Source: an uncultured Alphaproteobacteria bacterium
Lineage (GTDB): Bacteria > Pseudomonadota > Alphaproteobacteria > Rhizobiales > Xanthobacteraceae
Direction: 5' to 3'
DNA length: 64,000 nt
Assembly (NCBI GenBank): GCA_963707615.1
Contig: CAVPQT010000005.1
Coordinates: forward strand, 11,850-75,849
Part shown: positions 27,530-35,430 of the stretch, one piece after another
Layout: every line of letters begins with the position of its first letter
Position numbering within the stretch: the first letter of the stretch is position 1
Made by a program: the position numbers and the translations under genes
Notes under the pieces: generated by a model
Database searches by the model: none
Seen by the model: the letters and a program-made list of their open reading frames with translations, nothing else
Told to the model about the DNA's origin: nothing

Positions 27530-27545
27530 TTGGACTACGGTCCAA
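27530..27545. promoter_or_regulatory. Perfect palindrome TTGGAC-TACG-GTCCAA (copy 2 of 3)
   Basis: Read directly. It is 63 bp centre-to-centre from copy 1 and 92 nt upstream of the yidB-like start. Confidence 0.5.
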
Positions 27546-27637
27546 TAGCGCATGGCTAGGAACGAACGACACATTCCCGTCGAACCGGCAGCGCGGCCTT
27601 TGTTGGCCGCAACCGCAGCATTCTCAAGGAGCGCACG

Positions 27638-28090
27638 ATGGGAAGTCTTGATGACGTTCTCGGCTCGGCAGTACCGCAAGGCAGTTTGGCAAAACCGCTG
27701 ATGATCGCGCTTGGTGCTCTTCTGGCATCAGGTGCTCTCTTCAAAAATTCAAATGCCAGCACAACGCCGGCAAGCTCAGCAAAGCCGTTGTCTCCCCAAC
27801 AAGGTGGCGACATGCTCGGCGGGCTGGGCGGGCTGCTCAACCAGTTTCAGCAAAGTGGCCTTGGCGATGTGGTGAAGTCATGGATTGGGCCGGGCCAAAA
27901 TCAGCCGATTTCTCCGAACCAGCTTGGGGCCGCGCTTGGTCCGCAGATCATAAAAATCCTGGCGCAGCAGACCGGCATGTCAGAGCAGGAAATCTCAACG
28001 CATCTGTCCCAGATCCTGCCGAATGTTGTCGACAAGCTCACGCCAAACGGCCGGATGCCAACCCAAGCTGAACTCGCGAATTTGAGGTGA
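27638..28090 (+). CDS. YidB/DUF937-family protein
   Basis: GGLGGLLNQFQQSGLGDVVKSWIG.GQNQPISPNQL ... MSEQEISTHLSQILPNVVDKLTPNG is the typical DUF937 pattern. Confidence 0.8.
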   Translation: MGSLDDVLGSAVPQGSLAKPLMIALGALLASGALFKNSNASTTPASSAKPLSPQQGGDMLGGLGGLLNQFQQSGLGDVVKSWIGPGQNQPISPNQLGAALGPQIIKILAQQTGMSEQEISTHLSQILPNVVDKLTPNGRMPTQAELANLR

Positions 28091-28093
28091 CCT

Positions 28094-28351
28094 ATGTCCA
28101 TCATCAGCTGGATCATACTTGGCCTCATCGCCGGCTTTATCGGCAGCAAGATCGTCAACAGGCAGGGCCAAGGCTTGATGCTTGACATCGCGCTGGGCGT
28201 TGTCGGCGCGATCGTCGGCGGCGTGCTATTCTCTTTTTTTGGTGCCACCGGAATAACCGGTCTCAACCTCTACAGCATGCTCGTCGCGATTGTCGGCTCG
28301 GTGGTGGTTCTCTGGGCCTATCACGCCATCGCCGGTCGTCAGGCGGGCTGA
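28094..28351 (+). CDS. GlsB/YeaQ/YmgE-family stress membrane protein
   Basis: 85 aa. IISWIILGLIAGFIGSKIV with Gly-zipper TM helices. Confidence 0.85.
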   Translation: MSIISWIILGLIAGFIGSKIVNRQGQGLMLDIALGVVGAIVGGVLFSFFGATGITGLNLYSMLVAIVGSVVVLWAYHAIAGRQAG

Positions 28352-28381
28352 GCCAGGCAGGGTCTTTTCTGGACGCATGGC

Positions 28382-28455
28382 TGGAGCGGGCGAAGGGAAT
28401 CGAACCCTCGTATGCAGCTTGGGAAGCTGCCGTTCTACCATTGAACTACGCCCGC
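28382..28455 (-). tRNA. tRNA-Gly (anticodon CCC)
   Basis: 74-nt cloverleaf on the minus strand. Acceptor GCGGGCG/CGCCCGC, anticodon stem GCAGC/GCTGC with loop TTCCCAA, T-arm GAGGG TTCGATT CCCTT, and an encoded CCA. Confidence 0.92.
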
Positions 28456-28510
28456 GCACCCGGACCATACCGAATGGCTTGCGCACGCCGCAAGCGCGCT
28501 CTGCGAGCGG

Positions 28511-29692
28511 TCAGGTTTTGAAGTGCTTCGAGAGTTTCAGGCTCTGCGCCTGATAATTCGAGCCGATGCCCTGTCCGTATAATTTTTCCGGTTTTGCCAG
28601 CATCTTCTCGTAGACCAAACGACCGACGATCTGACCGTGCTCAAGAATGAACGGCACCTCGCGCGACCGCACTTCGAGCACGGCGCGCGCGCCCTTTCCA
28701 CCCGCGCCGGCGTAACCGAAGCCCGGATCGAAAAACCCCGCATAGTGCACACGGAATTCGCCGACCAGCGGATCGAACGGCACCATCTCGGCGGCGTAGT
28801 CGGGCGGAACCTGCACGGCTTCCTTTGACGCAAGAATGTAAAATTCGTTCGGGTCGAGGATGAGGCTCTTGTCAGGCCGCGCGTACATCGGCTCCCAGTA
28901 GTCGGCGACGGTGTATCCCCCGCGCCGCTCCACATCGATGAGCCCCGTGTGCCGCTTTGCGCGATAGCCGACGAGCCCGCCGGGGCCCAATCCCGAAAGA
29001 TCGACACTGACCGCCACTCCCTCGCTCAGGTCGGCGTTATCTGCGTCGACGAGACGTTCGCGTGCGTGCAAGGCACGCAATGCGGCGGCATCGAGCAGAG
29101 CCTGTCCGCGTCGGAAACGAATTTGCGACAGCCGCGAGCCCTCACGAACCAGAACCGGAAACGTGCGCGGGCTGATCTCGGCATAAAGCGGGCCATGATA
29201 GCCCCCCGTGATGCGATCGAACCCGCGCGTCTCGTCGGCAATCACGCGCGTGAAGACATCAAGCCGCCCGGTTGAACTTTTCGGGTTTGCAGCGGCGGAA
29301 ATGTCGTCTGGCAACGCGAGACTTTCCAGCAACGGGACAATGTAGACGCAGCCCGTTTCCAGCACCGCGCCGTCGCTCAGCGAAATCTCATGCAGCTTCA
29401 ATTCATCGATGCGCTGGGCAACGGTCGTCCGGCCCGGCAGGAAACTCGCGCGCACGCGGAAAGCCACCTCACCCAGACGCAGGTCGAGGCTTGCGGGCTG
29501 GATCTGATCGGGGACGAACTGATTTTCCGACAGAATACCGCCATCCGCGGCGAGCAGCGCGATCATGCGGTCGGGCAAAATGCCCTTGTCGTCGAGGGCG
29601 AAAGAAAGCGTCACGGTGTCCCTGCTCTGCAACCGCGCCGATCTAACCCGAGGAGTGCCTTGACGGGAAGCCGTGCCCCCCGCTACAAACAC
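28511..29692 (-). CDS. 2'-deoxycytidine 5'-triphosphate deaminase (long form)
   Basis: Two dUTPase-like halves, conserved from DDKGILPDRMI onward. A GTG at 29614 is a likely true start, and the first 26 codons look non-coding. Confidence 0.85.
   Translation of the reverse strand: MFVAGGTASRQGTPRVRSARLQSRDTVTLSFALDDKGILPDRMIALLAADGGILSENQFVPDQIQPASLDLRLGEVAFRVRASFLPGRTTVAQRIDELKLHEISLSDGAVLETGCVYIVPLLESLALPDDISAAANPKSSTGRLDVFTRVIADETRGFDRITGGYHGPLYAEISPRTFPVLVREGSRLSQIRFRRGQALLDAAALRALHARERLVDADNADLSEGVAVSVDLSGLGPGGLVGYRAKRHTGLIDVERRGGYTVADYWEPMYARPDKSLILDPNEFYILASKEAVQVPPDYAAEMVPFDPLVGEFRVHYAGFFDPGFGYAGAGGKGARAVLEVRSREVPFILEHGQIVGRLVYEKMLAKPEKLYGQGIGSNYQAQSLKLSKHFKT
29660..29688 (+). promoter_or_regulatory. 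Candidate sigma70-type promoter of the metZ leader
   Basis: TTGACG-N17-CTACAA, which would start the RNA at about 29695, right before the pseudoknot element. Confidence 0.3.
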
Positions 29693-29699
29693 CTTATCC

Positions 29700-29753
29700 C
29701 GTGGTCATTTGAGCCGGCCGGCTTGCAGCCACGTTAAACAAGTCGCTAAAAGG
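29700..29753 (+). promoter_or_regulatory. SAM-II-like pseudoknot element (candidate riboswitch aptamer) in the metZ leader
   Basis: CGUGG(29700-04)/CCACG(29729-33) stem. The loop carries AUUU and GGCUUG(29720-25), which is complementary to CAAGUC(29739-44). The tail is GCUAAAAGG. Judged by eye only. Confidence 0.4.
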
Positions 29754-29769
29754 CCGGGGACGCGTGAGC

Positions 29770-29800
29770 CCGGCCGAGACATTTCTCCGGCCGGTTTTTT
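29770..29800 (+). terminator. Leader terminator (attenuator) upstream of metZ
   Basis: CCGGCCG(29770-76)/CGGCCGG(29788-94) stem followed by T6. It competes with an upstream GGCCGGG(29752-58)/CCCGGCC(29769-75) hairpin. Confidence 0.55.
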
Positions 29801-29875
29801 GTTGGCCACGCGCGTGGTCCCGAAAAGGCGGGGTGCCGGTTTCGGAAAGGTCACGCGCACGGCTCAAGGAGACTC

Positions 29876-31066
29876 ATGATGTCCGCGTCGACCAAGACCT
29901 ACCGCCCCGAAACCCGGCTGGTGCATGCCGGCACGCTGCGCTCGCAGTTTGGTGAAACTTCCGAGGCTTTGTTCCTCACCCAGGGCTACGTCTACCCCAC
30001 CGCCGAGGAATGCGAGGCACGCTTCTCCGGCAAGATTCCGGGTTACGTCTATTCGCGTTACTCGAACCCGACCATGAGCATGTTCGAACAGCGCATGGCG
30101 GCCCTCGAAGGGGCGGAGGCAGCGCGATCGACGGCCACCGGAATGGCCGCGGTCACGACCGCCCTCATGGGTCTTGTCAAAGCGGGCGATCACGTGGTCG
30201 CCGCCAAGGCACTGTTCGGCTCCTGCCGCTGGGTGATCGAAGAATGGCTGCCGCGCTTCGGCGTCACGTCGACGCTTGTCGATGGCACCGACCTGAATGC
30301 ATGGAAGAAAGCGGTCCAGAAAAACAGCAAAGCCTTCTTTCTGGAAACGCCGACCAATCCGACGCTGGAAGTCATCGATATCGCGGCGGTTGCGGACATC
30401 GCGCACAATGCCGGCGGTCGACTCGTTGTCGACAATGTCTTTGCGACGCCGCTCTACCAGAGTCCGCTCACACTTGGCGCCGATTGTGTCGTCTACTCGG
30501 CTACGAAACACATTGACGGCCAGGGCCGGGTCCTCGGCGGGGTCATTCTCGGTTCAGAGAAACTGATCCTCGACCACTATCATCAAGTCCTGCGGCAAAC
30601 CGGTCCGTCGTTGTCGCCATTCAATGCGTGGATCCTGCTCAAAGGCCTCGAGACCCTGCCGGTGCGCGTGCAACGACAAACCGACACCGCCGGCGCGGTC
30701 GCGACCGCGCTTGCCGGTCACAAGAAGATAACGCGATTGATCTATCCTGGACGGCCTGACCATCCGCAGGCCGACATCATCAGGAAGCAGATGCGCGCCG
30801 GTTCCACGCTCTGCTCATTCGAGGTCAAAGGCGGAAAGGAAGGCGCGTTCCGTTTCCTCAATGCGCTGCAGCTCATCGGGATCACGAACAATCTCGGCGA
30901 CGCGAAGAGCCTTGTCACCCATCCGACGACGACCACGCATCAGCGGCTAACGCCGGAGCAGCGCGCCGAGCTCGGGATCGGCGACGGACTGGTCAGGTTC
31001 TCCGCCGGACTCGAGCATCCGGACGATCTGATCGAAGATCTTCTGACGGCGATGGAGAAAGTGTAA
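29876..31066 (+). CDS. metZ: O-succinylhomoserine sulfhydrylase
   Basis: Cys/Met-metabolism PLP enzyme with YSATKHIDGQGR (PLP-Lys). AAGGAG SD is at 29866. Confidence 0.9.
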   Translation: MMSASTKTYRPETRLVHAGTLRSQFGETSEALFLTQGYVYPTAEECEARFSGKIPGYVYSRYSNPTMSMFEQRMAALEGAEAARSTATGMAAVTTALMGLVKAGDHVVAAKALFGSCRWVIEEWLPRFGVTSTLVDGTDLNAWKKAVQKNSKAFFLETPTNPTLEVIDIAAVADIAHNAGGRLVVDNVFATPLYQSPLTLGADCVVYSATKHIDGQGRVLGGVILGSEKLILDHYHQVLRQTGPSLSPFNAWILLKGLETLPVRVQRQTDTAGAVATALAGHKKITRLIYPGRPDHPQADIIRKQMRAGSTLCSFEVKGGKEGAFRFLNALQLIGITNNLGDAKSLVTHPTTTTHQRLTPEQRAELGIGDGLVRFSAGLEHPDDLIEDLLTAMEKV

Positions 31067-31079
31067 GAGCGAAGATCGC

Positions 31080-31886
31080 TCAGGGCATTACGTGCGACAA
31101 GGCCGTCGCGGACATCACCGGGCGGTGCGCGGCCTCGGCGATGGCGTTTCCGAGACTTTTCGCCATGCACGCATAGCTCCAGTCGTTCATGTGCAGCCCG
31201 TCGGGCGACACGAACGTCTCGAAGGCCAGGCGATCAACGTTATGCCAGTGGCGCATCATCTCAAAACGGCGGAACAGATCGACATCTTCCTGCTTTGCGG
31301 CGGAGGAGATGAGCGCAACCATGGCCTCGGCGTCGGGCTTGGCAATCACCTTCGGAGCAAATTGCGGGTCGATGAGCACGACGTCGGCGCCGGTCGCGCG
31401 GATCTTGGTCAGTCCTTCACGGATCTGCAGCCCGTGATCGCCGAGCTGATGACCACGGATGACCGCGTTGGTGCCGAGCTGCCAGAGCACCAGATCGGGC
31501 TTGGCAGCGATCACTGAAGTATCGAACCGAGCCAGCATGTCGCCGATTTCTTCGCCGTTCACGCCGCGGTTTAGCATCGTGACCGTGACTTTCGGGAATT
31601 GCTTGCGAAGCTCGAGGGAAAGCTGGTTGGGATAGCTGGCGTCCGGCGAACTTGCACCAGCGCCCGCAGTCGACGACGAACCGATTGCAACGATCGTGAT
31701 CGGATCACCGGCGGCGATCTTCTGCGCAAGATGCGGAAGGGGATTTGTCAGCCGGACCAGATCGAGCGGCGTCGTGCAGGAAGGACCGGCCGTATCGGCA
31801 CGCACTGGCGATGCAAATGCTAGCCCCGCGACAAGCGCGGCGGCCAACACTGTCGGAACCCGACGTTCGGGATTGTCGCTCAACAA
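31080..31886 (-). CDS. Secreted SGNH/GDSL hydrolase-family protein (catalytic blocks present)
   Basis: Signal peptide. Block I VAIGSSST, block III WQLGTNA, block V DGLHMN. Confidence 0.75.
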   Translation of the reverse strand: MLSDNPERRVPTVLAAALVAGLAFASPVRADTAGPSCTTPLDLVRLTNPLPHLAQKIAAGDPITIVAIGSSSTAGAGASSPDASYPNQLSLELRKQFPKVTVTMLNRGVNGEEIGDMLARFDTSVIAAKPDLVLWQLGTNAVIRGHQLGDHGLQIREGLTKIRATGADVVLIDPQFAPKVIAKPDAEAMVALISSAAKQEDVDLFRRFEMMRHWHNVDRLAFETFVSPDGLHMNDWSYACMAKSLGNAIAEAAHRPVMSATALSHVMP

Positions 31887-31907
31887 GTGCGCGTCCTCAG
31901 TTATCGA

Positions 31908-32660
31908 TCAGCGGCTGCCGTTGGTCGGCGGCTCTTCAGGCTTGGCTGCTGTAACCACCATATCGGCTAGCAACCGCCCAATGCAATCGTGGACCCGCTC
32001 TGCAATGTCAAGTTTTTTCGTGGCAGAGTATAAATCGAACGTTCCAAGCTCTCCCCACAACTTCATAATGCTGAAACGATCGAATAAAGGCACTTCTTGT
32101 TGCAACGCAACCCAGCGCATATCGTCGACATAAGTCCCAAGCGCGATCATCGATTCCGTTCGCGGACTGTATTGCGCGTTGATTAAAACAACATCAGCGC
32201 CTGCGGAACGAGCAATTTTTATACCCTTGTCGAGCGACTGACTGAAAAGATCAGGGTCGACGCCAAGCATCGCGTCCACCGTTCCCGTCTGCCAGACCAG
32301 AAGCACCGGCTTAGACGCGGCAAGCGCGGCCGGAAGCGCCTTAACCATCTCCGCCGCCGTGCGTCCCGATTTCACATCGGTTGTAACTTTCACGTCTACA
32401 CCCGGCAGTCGGCTTGCGAGCGCCTGTTGCAGCCGCGCGGGGTAAGCGTTGCCAGTCCCGCTCGTTCCCGGCAATTGCGAGGAGCCGGCGCCGACAACGA
32501 GAATGTTCAGATGCTTCGCGCCGACTGCGCGCGTCACGTGCGGCAGGCGGAAATTCGGCTCTGTCAGGTTTTCCGCAACGCGACATTCGGCCGGATGTTC
32601 GGCCCACGCGGGCGCGGCAACCAGCATCAGCAACGCGAGTGGCAGCAGGCGTTTCCTCAT
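31908..32660 (-). CDS. Secreted SGNH-like paralogue (blocks III and V not recognisable)
   Basis: Signal peptide LMLVAAPAWA. Block I-like VVGAGSSQ. It has WQTGTVD instead of GxND, and I see no DxxH. Confidence 0.6.
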   Translation of the reverse strand: MRKRLLPLALLMLVAAPAWAEHPAECRVAENLTEPNFRLPHVTRAVGAKHLNILVVGAGSSQLPGTSGTGNAYPARLQQALASRLPGVDVKVTTDVKSGRTAAEMVKALPAALAASKPVLLVWQTGTVDAMLGVDPDLFSQSLDKGIKIARSAGADVVLINAQYSPRTESMIALGTYVDDMRWVALQQEVPLFDRFSIMKLWGELGTFDLYSATKKLDIAERVHDCIGRLLADMVVTAAKPEEPPTNGSR

Positions 32661-33817
32661 AACTCGCCCCCCGCATAACCCGGCTTTGCGGCGGGCGGCC
32701 GCGGTCCTCCGCCTCGTCGTTCGGCTTGTCTATACCATGAAATAAGTGCCGCAACGGCAACCATAATGGCAATGCCGGCAAAGCTGACGACGATCTGCGT
32801 CAGCACCCGGTTGGACACTTCCGTAAATACGAAGTGACCGGCAAAAGACAAGAACACGCCGAGACAAAATGTCTCAAGCGAATGCTGGCCGCACACAATC
32901 GCCGGCCAGAAGATCCAGGATTTGAGCGCCGGCCAGTCGCGCGGCACGAACGCGACCGTAATGATCGCGAGCGCCAGGAAATGCATGATGCGAAGCACGT
33001 CGAGGTTCGTCTTGTCGATTGGGTAGATCGCGTCGCCGACCCACTTCGGAACGTAGACCGCAAGGCGCGGGAAATACCAGGTCATCGCAATCGCGAATGC
33101 GAACAGAAGATATGTGATCGCCAATCCGACCATGGCCGGTGAGTGAACCCAGCGCGAAAGATTTTCCGCGCCACCCAGCGCACACCAGGCCCCGAACACG
33201 AACAACAGTTGCCATGCAAACGGATTGAACAACCAGGTTCCGCTCGGATACGCCGGAAGGTTCCATTCAAACAGCCACATGAAGGCGTACACCGAAGCCG
33301 ACGTGATCAACGCGAGCGACGGTGCGCGAAGCAGCAGCCACAGCATCGGCGGAAACCACAGCAGCAACAAAATGTAGAGCGGCAGCACGTCCATATTCAC
33401 CGGTTTGAACTTCAGCAGCAGCGCCTGAAGGATGGTGACGTCCGGGTTCTTGAGAAAATTGAGAACTCCCATTTCTTCGGTGTAGAGCGGGTTGTCGAAA
33501 CTGCTCGACACGTAGGCGATCTCGGCGAGATAGATCGCAAGCAGGAACACGTGCGCCACGTAGATCTGCCAGGCCCGCTTGAGCACGCGCGCCGAGGCCA
33601 CAATGAATCCGTGCTGCTGCATCGCCCGGCCATAGACGAAGGCCGCGGTGTAGCCGGAAATGAAAACGAAGATTTCCGTCGCGTCGCTGAAGCCGTAGTT
33701 GCGGATGGTAATCCAGTTGACCGCGTTCGACGGTATGTGGTCGAGAAAGATGAGCCAGAGCGCGAGGCCACGGAACAAATCAAGCCGGAGATCGCGTTCG
33801 GTCGAAACCGGGGCCAT
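32657..33817 (-). CDS. OpgC-family (acyltransferase-3-like) membrane protein
   Basis: RDLRLDLFRGLALWLIFLDHIP N-terminus and about 10 TM helices. Overlaps the downstream SGNH gene by 4 nt. Confidence 0.8.
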   Translation of the reverse strand: MAPVSTERDLRLDLFRGLALWLIFLDHIPSNAVNWITIRNYGFSDATEIFVFISGYTAAFVYGRAMQQHGFIVASARVLKRAWQIYVAHVFLLAIYLAEIAYVSSSFDNPLYTEEMGVLNFLKNPDVTILQALLLKFKPVNMDVLPLYILLLLWFPPMLWLLLRAPSLALITSASVYAFMWLFEWNLPAYPSGTWLFNPFAWQLLFVFGAWCALGGAENLSRWVHSPAMVGLAITYLLFAFAIAMTWYFPRLAVYVPKWVGDAIYPIDKTNLDVLRIMHFLALAIITVAFVPRDWPALKSWIFWPAIVCGQHSLETFCLGVFLSFAGHFVFTEVSNRVLTQIVVSFAGIAIMVAVAALISWYRQAERRGGGPRPPAAKPGYAGGEL

Positions 33818-33908
33818 GTGCGGCTTTTCTTTCGTGCGCTCTTTCGGCCATAATCCCGGGCATCATGCGAATGGCAAGCCCCGGTAAAGTAAATCTTGCG
33901 GCATTTAG

Positions 33909-34301
33909 ATGTACCGCGCAGTAACACGCAAGGTTGAAGTCACAGTGACGCCCCGCTTTGTGTCGGAGCGGTCGTCGCCGAGCAACGGCTATTTTTTCTG
34001 GGCTTACACAATCAACATTACCAACCTCGGCGCGGAAACGGTCCAGCTCAAGACGCGGCACTGGCGCATTACCGACGCGCTCGGCCGCCTGCAGGAAGTC
34101 AAGGGACCGGGCGTGGTCGGCGAGGAACCGACGCTGAAGGCCGGACAATCGTTCGAGTACACCAGCGGGGTTCCACTGCCGACGCCGTCAGGCTTCATGG
34201 TCGGCAGCTACGGAATGGTGACGGAAGAGGGAGAGCAATTCGACATCGAGGTTCCCGCCTTCTCGCTCGACTCATCTTACGCCGAGCGCACCATCAACTA
34301 G
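33909..34301 (+). CDS. apaG: ApaG (DUF525) protein
   Basis: YFFWAYTINITNLG...VQLKTRHWRITDA.G....V.G.GVVGE.P.L..G.SFEYTSG. Confidence 0.9.
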   Translation: MYRAVTRKVEVTVTPRFVSERSSPSNGYFFWAYTINITNLGAETVQLKTRHWRITDALGRLQEVKGPGVVGEEPTLKAGQSFEYTSGVPLPTPSGFMVGSYGMVTEEGEQFDIEVPAFSLDSSYAERTIN

Positions 34302-35412
34302 GATTTGCGCCAACCTCGCCCGGTGCGAACTGATAGTTCGCGCTGCAGAATTCGCACGTGACGGAAATCCTCCCGTCCTCGACCATGTGGTCGCGATCGT
34401 CCTGCGAAAAGCTCTTGAGCATCGCCTCGACATTGTCGCGCGAGCACGAGCATTCCGCACGCAAGGGATTGGCACGGAACACGCGCACACCCGGCTCGTG
34501 AAAAAGACGATAGACCAGCCGCTCGCTGGACAGCGAGGGATCAATCAGCTCGATATCCTCCACGGTCGAAATCAGCGCCTGGCCTTCGACCCACGCGTCA
34601 TCTTCCTTGACTACGTGCGGCGCGGTGCCCTCGGGGGCATCGCCGGGATCGAGATCGGCCGTGCGCGCCCGTTCCGGAGATTTTGGCAGGAACTGCAGCA
34701 TGATGCCGCCGGCGCGCCAGCGATGGGTCGCACCGCCCGACGCCGCGCGCAATTCCTCCGCCACCGCGAGCCTGATGCGTGTGGGAATCTGTTCGGAGCG
34801 CAGAAAGTATTCGTGCGCTACGTCCTCGAGCGAACTGCCGTCGAGCGCAACGAGGCCCTGATAGCGGTTCATGTCGGGACCCTGGTCGATGGTCATGGCA
34901 AGGTGCCCCTTGCCGAGCAACGCGGTGCCGGCCGTATCGCCTGCCGCGATTGCCGCGGCCACGCGGTCTTTGTCGAAGCGGGCGCAGGCGCGCACCTTGT
35001 CGGGGGCGATGAAATCCACCACCAACATGCGCACGGGACCGTCGCTCTGCGTCTGCAGAATGAATCGGCCATCGATCTTCAGCGACGAGCCCAGCATCAC
35101 GGTCAGCACCAGCGCTTCACCAAGGAGCTTGGCGACGGGCTGCGGATAGGCATGCCGCGAAAGGATTTCGTCGACGGCAGGGCCAAGACGAACCACGCGG
35201 CCGCGCAGGTCGAGCTTGGCCACCTCGAACGGCATGACGGTGTCGTCGAGCGCGGTGGGTGACGGCGCGCGGGTCGGAATGGCGATTTGGGGATCGGGCA
35301 TAGGGTCGGGCATAGGGTCGGTCATAGGTTCGATCATGGCGGGTTCGGTCATCCAGCTTATGTAGAGCTCAGGAGCCGAAAAACGAGAGGCCGGCTTTCT
35401 CGCGCCTGTCAC
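34294..35412 (-). CDS. hslO: Hsp33-family redox chaperone HslO with a repetitive N-terminal extension
   Basis: C-terminal zinc centre CSCS ... CEFCS. The N-terminus is MTEPAMIEPMTDPMPDPMPDP. The start codon is ambiguous among several in-frame ATGs. Confidence 0.85.
   Translation of the reverse strand: MTGARKPASRFSAPELYISWMTEPAMIEPMTDPMPDPMPDPQIAIPTRAPSPTALDDTVMPFEVAKLDLRGRVVRLGPAVDEILSRHAYPQPVAKLLGEALVLTVMLGSSLKIDGRFILQTQSDGPVRMLVVDFIAPDKVRACARFDKDRVAAAIAAGDTAGTALLGKGHLAMTIDQGPDMNRYQGLVALDGSSLEDVAHEYFLRSEQIPTRIRLAVAEELRAASGGATHRWRAGGIMLQFLPKSPERARTADLDPGDAPEGTAPHVVKEDDAWVEGQALISTVEDIELIDPSLSSERLVYRLFHEPGVRVFRANPLRAECSCSRDNVEAMLKSFSQDDRDHMVEDGRISVTCEFCSANYQFAPGEVGANPS
35296..35331. repeat. 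12-nt tandem repeat (gggcatagggtc x2 plus a degenerate third unit) inside the hslO 5' end
   Basis: Read directly. It encodes the M-P-D-P units on the minus strand. Confidence 0.85.
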
Positions 35413-35430
35413 GCGCGGTGACGCAGGCCC

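Noticed and set aside
27559-27584. EcfG-type general-stress promoter (GGAAC-N17-CGAA) upstream of yidB-glsB
   Set aside because: The -35 fits, but the -10 is CGAA rather than CGTT, and the alternative CGTC has a 14-nt spacer. This is too weak to call from one site.
28382-28455. tRNA-Gly as an integration site of a genomic island
   Set aside because: I found no integrase, no partial tRNA direct repeat and no mobility genes on either side. Only the compositional dip at 26.3-27.6 kb remains, and that is reported separately.
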